A stretch of 61,211 nt of DNA, counting the filler, from Globobulimina sp. (lineage: Eukaryota), in the NCBI GenBank assembly GCA_003354225.1. It is 17 parts of 17 records of this genome, joined end to end, with 100 filler letters (N's around TTAATTAATTAA, not from the genome) between each part and the next. Parts side by side here need not be neighbours in the genome. Positions count along the whole stretch, not along the records: positions 1 to 3,510 come from PIVH01002628.1; positions 3,611 to 7,119 come from PIVH01002629.1; positions 7,220 to 10,728 come from PIVH01002630.1; positions 10,829 to 14,337 come from PIVH01002631.1; 13 more parts are not named here. The stretch is one strand, 5' to 3'. Under the pieces are notes generated by a model. It ran no database searches. It worked only from the letters and a program-made list of their open reading frames with translations, and was not told the DNA's origin. The translations under genes were made by a program, and so were the position numbers. This document shows, piece by piece, positions 1 through 11,035 of this stretch; positions within the stretch are counted from its first letter, which is position 1; each line of letters begins with the position of its first letter.

Positions 1-8
1 ACGAACGA

Positions 9-2393
9 ATGTGCCGAGAATTCCAACGTAAAGTGAACAGAGACGATCTACCAAAAGTACAAGGTATTCTGGCTAGTATGGATCGACCAGTTTGGAGACG
101 TATGGCAAGACGTATTAGAAATGCGGCTCAAGCAGACCCAGAGTTGGCACAAGGTCAAGCCAGACATCCAGTGGGCATCCATACAATCGTGGAAGATGAG
201 CCAGCCAGATATGACTCATATTCACATGATCCAGTCAGTGTTGGTGGAGGCATGCAACATCAAGAGAAATTTTCGGTGGAACAAAATGCATTATCATCCT
301 TCGTCATCAATTCAGAAACAGATTGGAATGCTATCATATCGGATGAAGCCAGAAAAGTGGTCCAATTTATATGGGATAATGCTCAGGCAGGACATCCAGT
401 TACATCACGTGACATGCTCACACGTTTGAAACCACTGAGTAAAGGTGACATTTATACTGTTGTTTCATATTGTTTAGATGGCAGTTTGGGGAATGCAGCC
501 AGACACTCAGGAATGCAAATAATGCCTGAATTCCCGCAGGTGTATGACAAAGAAATCTGTGAGGTCGAAAAGAACCGAGTTTTGAAACTTGCTTTGGAAT
601 CTGGCAATTCAGTGCAACAAGCCGCAAATAACAATCAGCGCAGCTATTATCAACGACCCCAAAATGGTGGAGGTCCTAGACATTCAGCTAGCCACAGTAG
701 ACCGCAAAGACAAATAGGTCAACCAGGACAAGGGTATGTCTGTCACACATGTGGCAAGACAGGTCATTGGCGACCAAACTGCCCAGAAGAGGAAACAATA
801 GATTATGGCGACCAAGAGACAATGGGAGAACCAAATCAACAATCATTGGTAATCAATGCTACAATTGTACCCGATCAACAATCAAAAGTTGCAACAACAA
901 AAGAGGAGATCGACAACATCAAATGGGATTATAAGGTACCAGGTCCATTACAGTATACTGAGTATTTATATCAATTTGCAATAAAAACAGGCCAACCATT
1001 CCCATTAGGGGTTTTTGATAAATTACCAGAGTTTTTGGTACCAGGTTGCGACTTCCCATACTCCTATCATAAAGAGGCCTATGACAGTTGGAAATATTAT
1101 ACTGAAAGAGGGGAACCCGAGGCAGTCGATTGGGTAACACCAATATTTGAAACCATGCGTAAAAACGAATTAGAACGGTTAGAAGCATCAGTCGTGCACA
1201 CATGTGTAACTTCAAGTACTGTAAATGAGACAATTAGACCAATTGACAATTTGGGGTTATGTTTTGCCAGAATGACCGGCGAACCACTGGGTACAGTAGG
1301 TGAAGTACATACAGAAGTTGAGAGTGTCAATAACAATAGGAGGTGTAAAATTATCGGTAACCAACCTGTATGGGTACCCAAACCGCCCGTATCCCAACTA
1401 ACTACGTTTGGTGATCGACCTGAACCCCAAGAGTCGGTTGAAACGGCCACCAAGGAAACTTGGGTGACCAAGGAATTTGTTTCCCCTGTACCTGAACTAC
1501 ATACAGTCCGGCCAAATCGATTGGACGCCGAGACAATGAATGCAATTGTATTGACTGGGGTGCCTGAAGGAGAGGTAGAACCTAATTCAGTAATTTTGTT
1601 ACAACCAATGGAAATGGCCCTTTATTTATTACGGGAACACATTAAAGTATGTAGATTAGCAGCATTAGCCGATACTGGTTCTGGACTTAGTATTGCACAA
1701 GTGTCAGTCTTGAAATTTGTTGGTATTTGTTTGTCCAAAATCCGTAAATGTCATCATAAAGTAATGTCTGGTTTTGGGGGCAACATAAACATCTTGGGAA
1801 AAATTGTAATGTCTTTTGCTATTGGTGACCTGGAATTCGAACAAACTGTACACATCGTACCTGACGATTCACGACTACCATTGGTCATTTTCGGATTGGA
1901 TTGGTTGCAAACCCACCGTGTTCAAATCAATTTTGTGGATTCAACAATGTCATTTCATAGTCAACAATATCCATTGGGAAAACCACGTGCTAAATGTACA
2001 TCAGCTAATTATGCAGCAGCATGGCCAGAGATGCCAGGATTACAACAGAATGTTACAGAAAGTGAAGATGAATCCGAGCAAACATTGGGCAATATGCTTG
2101 CAACAGTAGCTGAACCGGAAGTACCAATAGCCGGAAATCATATGATCAACATTGAAACACTGCGGAGACACAATAGAAGATGTATTGCACTGGAAGTGAG
2201 ACCAACAGTGGACATAATCAAAGGACCATCAATGGAAGGAACCATGGTGCAAGTGGATGCAGAATTTTCCCGCAGAGCACAAAATCGACAAAATGTTCAC
2301 AGGCAGCAATCACAACGTGGACGCGGAGGACATAGAGGACATGGTTCAGCTCATAATCCACGACAGTATGGCGATCGTACATCACAATATTGA
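9..2393 (+). CDS. Gag-protease polyprotein (CCHC knuckle plus retroviral-type aspartic protease)
   Basis: CHTCGKTGHWRPNC fits CX2CX4HX4C. ALADTGSGLS is the catalytic DTG motif, and VIFGLDWL matches the ILGxDxL C-terminal retropepsin motif. Confidence 0.88.
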   Translation: MCREFQRKVNRDDLPKVQGILASMDRPVWRRMARRIRNAAQADPELAQGQARHPVGIHTIVEDEPARYDSYSHDPVSVGGGMQHQEKFSVEQNALSSFVINSETDWNAIISDEARKVVQFIWDNAQAGHPVTSRDMLTRLKPLSKGDIYTVVSYCLDGSLGNAARHSGMQIMPEFPQVYDKEICEVEKNRVLKLALESGNSVQQAANNNQRSYYQRPQNGGGPRHSASHSRPQRQIGQPGQGYVCHTCGKTGHWRPNCPEEETIDYGDQETMGEPNQQSLVINATIVPDQQSKVATTKEEIDNIKWDYKVPGPLQYTEYLYQFAIKTGQPFPLGVFDKLPEFLVPGCDFPYSYHKEAYDSWKYYTERGEPEAVDWVTPIFETMRKNELERLEASVVHTCVTSSTVNETIRPIDNLGLCFARMTGEPLGTVGEVHTEVESVNNNRRCKIIGNQPVWVPKPPVSQLTTFGDRPEPQESVETATKETWVTKEFVSPVPELHTVRPNRLDAETMNAIVLTGVPEGEVEPNSVILLQPMEMALYLLREHIKVCRLAALADTGSGLSIAQVSVLKFVGICLSKIRKCHHKVMSGFGGNINILGKIVMSFAIGDLEFEQTVHIVPDDSRLPLVIFGLDWLQTHRVQINFVDSTMSFHSQQYPLGKPRAKCTSANYAAAWPEMPGLQQNVTESEDESEQTLGNMLATVAEPEVPIAGNHMINIETLRRHNRRCIALEVRPTVDIIKGPSMEGTMVQVDAEFSRRAQNRQNVHRQQSQRGRGGHRGHGSAHNPRQYGDRTSQY

Positions 2394-2588
2394 TCCATAT
2401 TATAATTTTACTTTTATTTTTTATTAAATTAATTTTTACCAAATTGTTTTTAAAAAATAAATAAATAATTCTTTCGTGTGAATGATACTGAATGAATCCG
2501 ATTGATTGATGTGGTGCTGAGGGTCTAGTTGCACTGTTGACCAGTGCTGATAATCTACATGTAGTAATTTGTTACCAACACCACTTCC

Positions 2589-2960
2589 ATGGGTCTATAC
2601 TATATGGTACATACACAAAAATATGGCAAACCAATGGAGCAAATGGTATGATGGTTGAGTCGACACAACTTTCATGTCCCTGGCACTGTGGTTGCTGTAA
2701 AATGGAAATTTTTATTGGATGATAGTACTTCTAGAGGAGCCAAAGAGGAAGCGATCCGAGATCTTGCTGGTCGATGATGGGCGTCCAATACATTGGATAT
2801 ACCAGATCCGAGATTAATAACGGAGATCCCTCTGCCTGCTAGTAGTAATATGGTAGTAGCGGGACGCCGCCTAACTATCACATGAATCCGAAATCGACAA
2901 CTCCATTCACCCAGAAAATTCAGAACAGAATGTTGTTATCAATTCAGCATTGGAAACTAG
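2589..2960 (+). pseudogene. Possible degenerate second ORF of the LTR element
   Basis: A 124-codon ATG-to-TAG frame interrupted only by three TGA codons (2649, 2775, 2883). Composition resembles the gag ORF. No recognised motif. Confidence 0.35.
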
Positions 2961-3081
2961 TCGCAATGGGACATCAGCACTATGGGTACTGCAGTACAGT
3001 GATTGATTGTGTGTGTATGAATAGGAGTTAAAAAAAAATTTTTTAGTTTGGTCGTTTAGGATCACCAACCCCCATTATTAT

Positions 3082-3093
3082 GGAGGGGAAGGA
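3082..3093 (+). promoter_or_regulatory. Polypurine tract
   Basis: GGAGGGGAAGGA lies 2 nt before TGTAAT. Confidence 0.65.
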
Positions 3094-3095
3094 TC

Positions 3096-3400
3096 TGTAA
3101 TCAGCAATTACAGTTTTTTAACAATATTTGTTTTTGCAGGTTTTTGCATGTTAATTTTTAATTCTTGCATGTTCAAACTTTAAAATAAGTGTAGCTTGAG
3201 GGTAAGTTCGGCACAAAACAACGCAAGAGCATTTGGATCAACATCTCCGAGGAAACCATCGAATCATCAATTGGTAATAAGTATCGGAAAGCTACCAACA
3301 TATAATACCAATAAGCGCTTATCTTGTAATATATTAAGCATGTCTTCTAAAGACATTAATAAATAAATAAATGGTAACATATGTGGAGGTCAAGTTTACA
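3096..3400 (+). repeat. Candidate 3' LTR
   Basis: Starts TGTAA after the PPT and ends TTACA (3396-3400), with overlapping AATAAA motifs at ~3358-3371. The second LTR copy is not in the contig. Confidence 0.5.
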
Positions 3401-3510
3401 TTATTTTAATGTCGGGAATTCGATCAAATCAATATTATTCACAGGTTGAGCACCACACATTATCCCAGAGGTACGGCGAGGACTCGAATCTGCAGAAGAA
3501 CAGCAGGAAG

Positions 3511-3610
3511 NNNNNNNNNNNNNNNNNNNNNNNNNNNNNNNNNNNNNNNNNNNNTTAATTAATTAANNNNNNNNNNNNNNNNNNNNNNNNNNNNNNNNNN
3601 NNNNNNNNNN
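3511..3610. other. Artificial contig spacer N44-TTAATTAATTAA-N44 (first of 16)
   Basis: Identical 100-nt spacers start at 3511, 7120, 10729, 14338, 17945, 21552, 25159, 28766, 32373, 35980, 39586, 43191, 46796, 50401, 54005 and 57609. The core has stops in all six frames. Contig lengths decrease from 3510 to 3503. Confidence 0.99.
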
Positions 3611-4114
3611 AAAATGATTCATTATTTGGTTGTAATTTATGTGATTGGCATTAATTTCTCCATGATTTTGACTTATGTGATAATGCGGGCTCGCAATGCC
3701 TGGGTAAATATCGGAGGAAATCTCGAAGCGTATAAAACATATCAACAAATATATCAAGCTCTAAATCACCAATATCCAGATGCTACGAAGCAAGAATTGA
3801 TCATTGAAAACGCAAAAAACACCAAAAAATCTAATGGAACGGACTTTGAATTATGTATAATTTGTCGGGATTCAATGACTGAAGCAAAAAAACTGCCATG
3901 TTTACATATGTTTCATTTGCAATGTATAATGGGATGGATGCAACATTCATACACATGTCCAATTTGCACCAGACCATTGACTGAAGGAACTGTACAAAAT
4001 GTAGGAAATGGAGTGTTGGATAATATTAATAAAGATTTTAGTCCATGGGGCAATATGTTATTGATCATAGCACTGTTTACCTACAGTTTCATTGATATTG
4101 TTGTTCGGTGTTAA
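3611..4114 (+). CDS. Membrane-associated RING-H2 E3 ligase (Hrd1/AMFR-like), 5'-partial
   Basis: CIICRDSMTEAKKLPCLHMFHLQCIMGWMQHSYTCPIC RING-H2, preceded by YPDAT and flanked by hydrophobic segments. Confidence 0.85.
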   Translation, partial: KMIHYLVVIYVIGINFSMILTYVIMRARNAWVNIGGNLEAYKTYQQIYQALNHQYPDATKQELIIENAKNTKKSNGTDFELCIICRDSMTEAKKLPCLHMFHLQCIMGWMQHSYTCPICTRPLTEGTVQNVGNGVLDNINKDFSPWGNMLLIIALFTYSFIDIVVRC

Positions 4115-4258
4115 TATTGTTTTGTTGCAATGTAAGTCTATAAAAACTCACGTTTTTTTTTATCTGAACAAATCTGAAAAAAACGGAGCTGTCCGTTGTT
4201 TGAACTTTAAAGTGAAGTTTTTGTAAAGCAAGCAAGTTCCAATACTATATACTGCGAA

Positions 4259-5577
4259 ATGGGTAATACAGCCAATAGGTTTTATTATACATCCACCGCT
4301 GAACAATCCAACACCTGCAAAGGTACATCATTTATGTGTTATAGTCCACTAGTAATTCAGTACTTATTTACAATATGTTTTATAGATTACATAGCAATAC
4401 ATACCAAACTCATTAATATGGGATTTGACGAAACTTTAAGCTTAAAAGCAGCCAAAATGTATCCCAAAAATATTAATCGCGCAATGAATTATCTCCAAAA
4501 ACAAGAAGAAAAGCATAACACACAAGATTCACAACATCCAAATACATATGCATCCATTCCTTCTATCCATGGCCATAATGTTAACGTTGAGTTTGACCTT
4601 CCCGTTTTCATCAAAATTCCAAATCGTAAAAACGATTTGCCTCAATTTGAAGAACACAAAGAGCTGTTTACAATCACTGAAAAACTGTGGTCTGAAGCGA
4701 GAGTGATTGAAATTTTGCAAGCATCGATTCTTAAATTCAATCGTAAAATGATTCCAACAGAATATAAAATAATGAATCCAGCGCAGAATTTGATAGCAAA
4801 ATCATTTTGCGATATTACATGTCATAAGGAACTATGTAAATATTTAAAACAATTCAATAAATGTGACATTATGCGCAAAGGATTGCATTTATACTGCGAT
4901 GTTAACCGCAAAATGCAGCCACAGCATACTGTGCAAACAGATGATATTAAAAGAAGGGTAATAATGGAAATGGGATATGATGAACGTATCGCGACCATAT
5001 CATTGAAAAAAGCTGAAGGTGATTTAGCAAAAGCAATTAAAATCATATGTGACAGCCACACAACGCATGGTTCGCAGGTACGGTGTATACTAAATATTGT
5101 TTCTTGACAGTAACTTTAAAGCATGCATGACTTTGACAGGCTGATTTTGCAGCTTTTCAGCTTCCTGTTTTCATCACGGTATTGAACAAAGACAACAATG
5201 ATGGTTTGTATGCAGTGGCAGCGCATGAGGACTTTCTTAGAATTTCATATGATTTGTGGATGAATGCGACGGTGAGGGATATATTGGATGGAAGCATTCA
5301 AAGATTGAATGAAAAAATGAACGAAGAGTATGAAATAATGAGTCCTGATGAAAAAATGATAGCAAAATCATTTTGTGATATTACTTGCGACGAACGGCTT
5401 AAACCATTGAATCGATTTAATAGAAACGATATTATGATAAAAGGATTACATTTATTGTGTCGGAAAAAGGATATGCTACAAAAACATTATCAAACAGATA
5501 ATGATACTATGATGACAATGGGATGTGAGGCCAAATCAAAATTATCAAAAAACAACCTTAATATGCACAGAATGTGA
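4259..5577 (+). CDS. Protein with two UBA-like domains and two copies of an ~110-aa unknown domain; introns 4323-4385 and 5078-5139
   Basis: LINMGFDE...AMNYL and IMEMGYDE...AIKII are UBA-like. The block LPVFI...LW...IAKSFCDITC...DIMxKGLHL occurs twice, and splicing at GT-AG restores the second copy. Confidence 0.72.
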
Positions 5578-5717
5578 ACCAGTTGTATTTTTATAAAAAT
5601 TGTAGGATCTTTATTTTTTCTGAGTGCAAGGATTTGTATACGAAAAACGTCAATATACTAAAAAACATTAAGCTAAAAATATATGTACATTTAAATACAT
5701 GTCTTGCATACATAAAA

Positions 5718-7119
5718 TTACGGAGTCTTGATTTGTTGCAATTGTACAAAATCATCGGTAGCCTTAAACCTAGAATACGCATAAGTTAACAATTGATATA
5801 TTTGTGCTCGACATCCATCAAATATGTGAAATAATTGATTAATATCAATATTTGATTGGTCTTTCAACACTTTAATACACTCATTATATTCACTCCGATC
5901 TGTTATACCCAAATTATATCCAAATTGATCATATAATGTATTCCTTACATGTCCGTCAACATTGATACAAAAATATGCTTCATTACATATATATTTTCTA
6001 AATAATTTAATACATTGTAAATATTCAAACTCTGAGGGATAATTCTTATTTGTTATACTTTTTAGATCCAATCCTTTTTGCATTTCTATGGTATACAAAT
6101 TGTTATCATCAGGACCAATAATTCCTGATTTTGGTGCATTTTCAGGAAATTCAATGTTTAATAAAAAATACCAAAAATGCTCTCGTTTACTCTCATCAAC
6201 GTCGTCCATATTGTCACACAAACCTTGATATTTTTTATTGATTCTCAACGAATTTAACCACTGTTGCGTCTCCACAAAAAACAGCAAATTTTCCAAACAC
6301 CATTGCTTTGTCAAATGCCTCGCAAAACAATTAAATCCATGTTTTGTTTCCAACATTTCCTTCAATTTCACGTAAACCGTTTTTGTTCGCGCTGCGTCAT
6401 CAATAATAGAGGCAAAAGAACGCGACGTTTCCACTTCCATAAATTCTGTGTTTACATGCAATTTGGCATGAAATGGATTGGTTGGTAATTTAAATATTTT
6501 TATTACAAAATAAAACATAATTAGCACAAATCCAAAATAAGATAATATGCCCAACAATGCCAAAAATACATATTTTACTGAGTATGGCTGTGCGTCCAAT
6601 ACCAATGTAATAATAAAAAATGATATCAGAAATATTATTTTATAGCGTAATAACAATTTCGTTTCTTTATGGATATAATAAATATCATTAAATGATGGCA
6701 TTTTACAATATAAAATTGTATCGATTGTAATTATTATGGTTCCAGCGGCGCCAATGGTTAATTTTGCTAATTATAAAAAAAGATAACAAACTTTTTTGTT
6801 TGTTTACTTTGTTTTTGATTTAATTTACAAATAAAAGCATGTAAATTCAACAAAAACAAGAAACATTTAATGTACAGAATAAAAAGATAATGTTATACCG
6901 ATTTTGCTGTTTGGACCAGATTTTTGTCCTTTGATAATAATGGATGCGCTGCCAATTAGTATCCAAAATAACCAATGAGCGAAGGTGATAAATAATATTC
7001 TTTTTGATGAACCCCATTTATTTTTATTTTTTAGGAACCAATTTGTTTCATTTGGATCAATAAATAAGCGCCATTTTGCATCTTCCATGGCTTTATTCCA
7101 TTTAATATCATAATAAACC
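5718..7119 (-). CDS. Multi-pass membrane protein with C-terminal RGS domain, 5'-partial, probable intron ~6767-6875
   Basis: Hydrophobic helices followed by RGS motifs FARHLTKQWCLENLLFFVE, LFRKYI...CINVDGHVR and IFDGCRAQIYQLLTYAYSRF. Confidence 0.82.
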
Positions 7120-7355
7120 NNNNNNNNNNNNNNNNNNNNNNNNNNNNNNNNNNNNNNNNNNNNTTAATTAATTAANNNNNNNNNNNNNNNNNNNNNNNNN
7201 NNNNNNNNNNNNNNNNNNNCATAAAAGGTACGCCATATTTTTTACAAATGTTGTATTATTTCAGATTTCTATATATTAATAAATTCCTGTTGTTGTTGTT
7301 ACGTACTCTCCTTCTATATTTGTTTTAAATATGTTATTCAGAGAGTACCAGTTCA

Positions 7356-8957
7356 GTGAGTCCACTACATGAAGGACATGAATATAAAAAATCAACCGTA
7401 TTTATTCATGAACAAACAGATACAAATACAAATTTTTATGTACATTGTACTCCAACTCCCAAAACAGAGAATGAAAATGATAATACATTTATTATTCATG
7501 ACAGTGATATTGCGTCAAGTGATGAAGAAGCGGATAATTTAAAATCACCATCACATACAATTGATAACACAGAGAATGTCAATTTTAATAATAGAGTGAC
7601 CACACCAATAACACCTGAAGAGAGTCTAAATATTCTTAATCAAACTGTAGCAAAATTTGAATCAATTCCAACCAACCAATTACAACAATTATTTGATGAG
7701 GATGATACATTAAGTGATACCAATATTGTTTCAACTTCAAATAAAACCGATGTTATGTCTGAAATTAAAAACTGTTATAACGATGAAAACGATTCCTCTG
7801 CAAATGACGATGATGAAATATCTCAATTAAGTGCAACATTAAATGCATCATCAACTATTATCGAGGACAGTGCAAACACACCGAAACAAAATGAAATTGC
7901 TGATATTATTTTGCCACAGTGTATGAATTATAATATCACCGAAGAACCGAGTAAATCTGAAATGAGAGCGCCGCGACCAATGCTTAATAATAAGCAGCGA
8001 AGCTATTCGTATAGTTATCATAATGTGAATGTATCACGAACAGATTTAGGCATATCAGGCACTGGCGATGATACAACCACGTCGGGCAGCGATGAGAATG
8101 ACGCAGTGGATGCTTTGGAGAGTTCGTCCGGTGGAGATACAGCAGAATTGTATAATGATTTATGTGATGATCCATTCAATACATATAATAATTCCTCGCA
8201 AGGTAGCTCGCCATCGCCAATCAAGAATATTGAAAATCGATCATCTGATTTTAAACAAGAAATTCAACAAAGAAAAACTGCAATGGATAATCATTATAGT
8301 ATACCACATAAATTTAAAACGTATTTTTGTTGGTATTTTGCAATATTTATTGGTGTTTTGGTGATTTTAATGGTTTTAATTGGCAATTTATCATTTGATA
8401 AACATGTGAAATATACAAATAGTGTGCGATATGATAATAAACATTCATTTTTAAGACAAGAATGTATGAATAATACAAATATAAATGAAGATTATTTAAT
8501 GGAATATGGATATGAATTGGTTGCGAATCAACAGTATGAATTTATTGATGGTTTACATTGGATGATATTAAGTGTAATAAGTATTTGTTTAATGTTTGTA
8601 ATTTATGGTTTTATATTATTTGTAACAGCGGCTTTATTAATTTGTCGTCATGAATATTATAAATATTATGGTGTTGATCCTTTATTTATTTGTAAATTTT
8701 GTCCAATTTATCAAAAATATTCAAGTCCAAATGCACCACAGTTATCATCTATATTAGATCCAAATAATTTATATTTATTTAATAATGCTCAAATATCACC
8801 AAATGAGAGAAATAAACAACAATTACAGCAACGACAAATTCCAATGTTTGTAGCAAAACAAGAAGAGAATGTACATGATTTAGTAACTGTTGATGAAGAA
8901 GAATATTTTGATGAAACGGAGATTACTTTTGATAGTAATCATTTTTTGGTTATTTAA
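7356..8957 (+). CDS. Hypothetical membrane protein with acidic, disordered N-terminus and two TM helices
   Basis: 533-aa open frame, D/S/N-rich N-terminal half, two long hydrophobic segments. The true start is probably upstream and spliced. Confidence 0.7.
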   Translation: MSPLHEGHEYKKSTVFIHEQTDTNTNFYVHCTPTPKTENENDNTFIIHDSDIASSDEEADNLKSPSHTIDNTENVNFNNRVTTPITPEESLNILNQTVAKFESIPTNQLQQLFDEDDTLSDTNIVSTSNKTDVMSEIKNCYNDENDSSANDDDEISQLSATLNASSTIIEDSANTPKQNEIADIILPQCMNYNITEEPSKSEMRAPRPMLNNKQRSYSYSYHNVNVSRTDLGISGTGDDTTTSGSDENDAVDALESSSGGDTAELYNDLCDDPFNTYNNSSQGSSPSPIKNIENRSSDFKQEIQQRKTAMDNHYSIPHKFKTYFCWYFAIFIGVLVILMVLIGNLSFDKHVKYTNSVRYDNKHSFLRQECMNNTNINEDYLMEYGYELVANQQYEFIDGLHWMILSVISICLMFVIYGFILFVTAALLICRHEYYKYYGVDPLFICKFCPIYQKYSSPNAPQLSSILDPNNLYLFNNAQISPNERNKQQLQQRQIPMFVAKQEENVHDLVTVDEEEYFDETEITFDSNHFLVI

Positions 8958-9110
8958 TAGTGGCGGTATAAAATTTATAATATAACTACTAAATATTAGT
9001 AGTTAACTGAAGTACAAAGTAGTAACTTATCAGAAAAATCAACTTCTCCGCGTCGACCACACAAACCCTGGTCTTAAGAGTTCGACTGCCTTCAAATCAA
9101 TCTTTCAAAA

Positions 9111-10493
9111 ATGTCAGATGACACAGCATATGGAGCGCTAATATCCAGTATATATTTTTTTACCAATCAAGCCTTGTTAGTTTGCTTAAGTTTATGTTTA
9201 TTTAACTGGTGAACATAAAAATTGCAAAGAATTTTTCAAGACCGTATGGGAACGTAAATGGATTTATGGAGAGGTAACAGCACATCTTTACGATACAGCA
9301 TCCGATATTGGTGTGTTAGTCGAATGGTATATTTTAGCATATGATGGTAACGAATATTCTATTAATATGATGGCAATGTTTTGGGCGTCTATTGCTTTTC
9401 AATTTCTTTATCGTTTCCTTCTTTGTGGTTTCACTGTGGTTCGCTTTGGGTATTCCCCAGAAGATGATGACACAGAAAGTTGCGGCGGCTGTATGGCGGG
9501 CATTTGCTGGGCATGGACTGACATGCAAATTATTAAAACAGTGTATATTTCAATAAAACATGGCGAAACAGAGCCAAATGCGCGGCAAAATTCCATTGGA
9601 ATCATAGAAGCTATCGCTGAATCCGCACCACAGGTATTTTATTTACATTTATTTCGTGTTTATAATATTCATTTATGTAATTTGAATACAGATAATTTTG
9701 CAGTGCATATTTTTAGCGCAAAGTTATTCTGATCCAATATTATCAGAAACGGACAGCTCAGTGATGGTAATTATATCCTTAGTGGCGTCAATATTTAGTA
9801 TAAGCAGTAAATATGTCGAGTTAGATTCGTCATCGGTTGTCGAAGGAGCAAAAGAGTTGGGGTTTAATTTAAAACAATGGCCCTGTGTTAATTTTATGTA
9901 TGTTTTAAGAGTATTATGGAGATTTAATTTTTTGTTATCTAGGATGTTTTTGTTAGTCTCAATATGGTTCGTTTTGGGTGGTCCGATGTATTTGGTGCTG
10001 TTACTTATGTCGTCTCACAGATACTGGAGATTGTTATGGTTCTGGCAATTATTATGTTTGTTGTGTAGCATGTATTGCCAATCCAATTACTACAGATTTC
10101 AAAGTGAATTGCTATCATTTTTTCGAAATGATTACATGGATGATAATAATCAGCATTCTTGGTTTTACAAACGATTTAGAATTATATGATGATAATTGTG
10201 GTGAACTTTGTGCGGACGAATTGGACAGAATTGCGACTGGCAATCCATATGCTGAGGGCTTTATTATTATTGCTTGGATTGCATTGGTAATTGATTTTGT
10301 TTTATTTTATATTTTGTATGCAAATGATCAATTTGAAGATAATAATTTGGATGAAATATTTCAAGTATTTATTGATGGGCAGACTTATTCTCCCGGAAAA
10401 ACAAAGGTAAAACAGCAACAACAGGAACAGGGACCGGATGAAATTGCACATCATATTGAATTACAAGTTGATCAGCAAGCAATTACAAGATGA
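9111..10493 (+). pseudogene. XK-related-like multi-pass membrane protein with two apparent frameshifts
   Basis: LYDTASDIGVLVEWY and IIEAIAESAPQ (ESxPQ) motifs. Intron 9634-9691. Frame changes near 9195 and ~10010 without clear splice sites. Confidence 0.55.
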
Positions 10494-11035
10494 TCAACGT
10501 CTGCTCCTCAGTACATTTGAATAAATCTAAACTAGATAAATTTACGTTTTTTCGCATGTCAAATTTTTGGATGGTTTTTGTAAAGTTTTAATTATAAAAT
10601 TGTAAAATAGTAAACTGCAGCTGATTAATACCACATACTGCATTATCACCGCCATTATGAATACTCATAATCCATATATATATTCTACAAAATGTTCCTT
10701 AAATTGCCATCTAAAAATAGAATCTAAANNNNNNNNNNNNNNNNNNNNNNNNNNNNNNNNNNNNNNNNNNNNTTAATTAATTAANNNNNNNNNNNNNNNN
10801 NNNNNNNNNNNNNNNNNNNNNNNNNNNNATATTTTAAAGGCTATTGATACGACATTAAGCAAATATCAATTTTGGATGCCTAAGATCAATGGAAGTAAAA
10901 TGTATACGTTTCCCTCAAAATATGATTGTTATGTTCAGAAATTAAAAAATATTTATGTGACGATTTGCAACTATCAAAAAAATAATGTGTAGAGATGGGG
11001 CATGATGACATTTTTATTTTTATCATAATATTTTT

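Larger units (their letters stand above)
1..3400 (+). mobile_element. LTR retrotransposon, 5'-partial, apparently gag-protease only
   Basis: Gag zinc knuckle and retropepsin ORF, then a purine tract directly before a TGTAA...TTACA-bounded segment. No RT, RNase H or integrase motifs lie between them. Confidence 0.7.

Noticed and set aside
3469-3492. tRNA fragment or primer-binding site (ggcgaggactcgaatc)
   Set aside because: Only a short B-box-like match, with no TGG start adjacent to the LTR end and no cloverleaf.
3555-3566. TTAATTAATTAA recurring every ~3.6 kb as a biological repeat
   Set aside because: It is always centred in N runs and is an artificial all-frame-stop linker.
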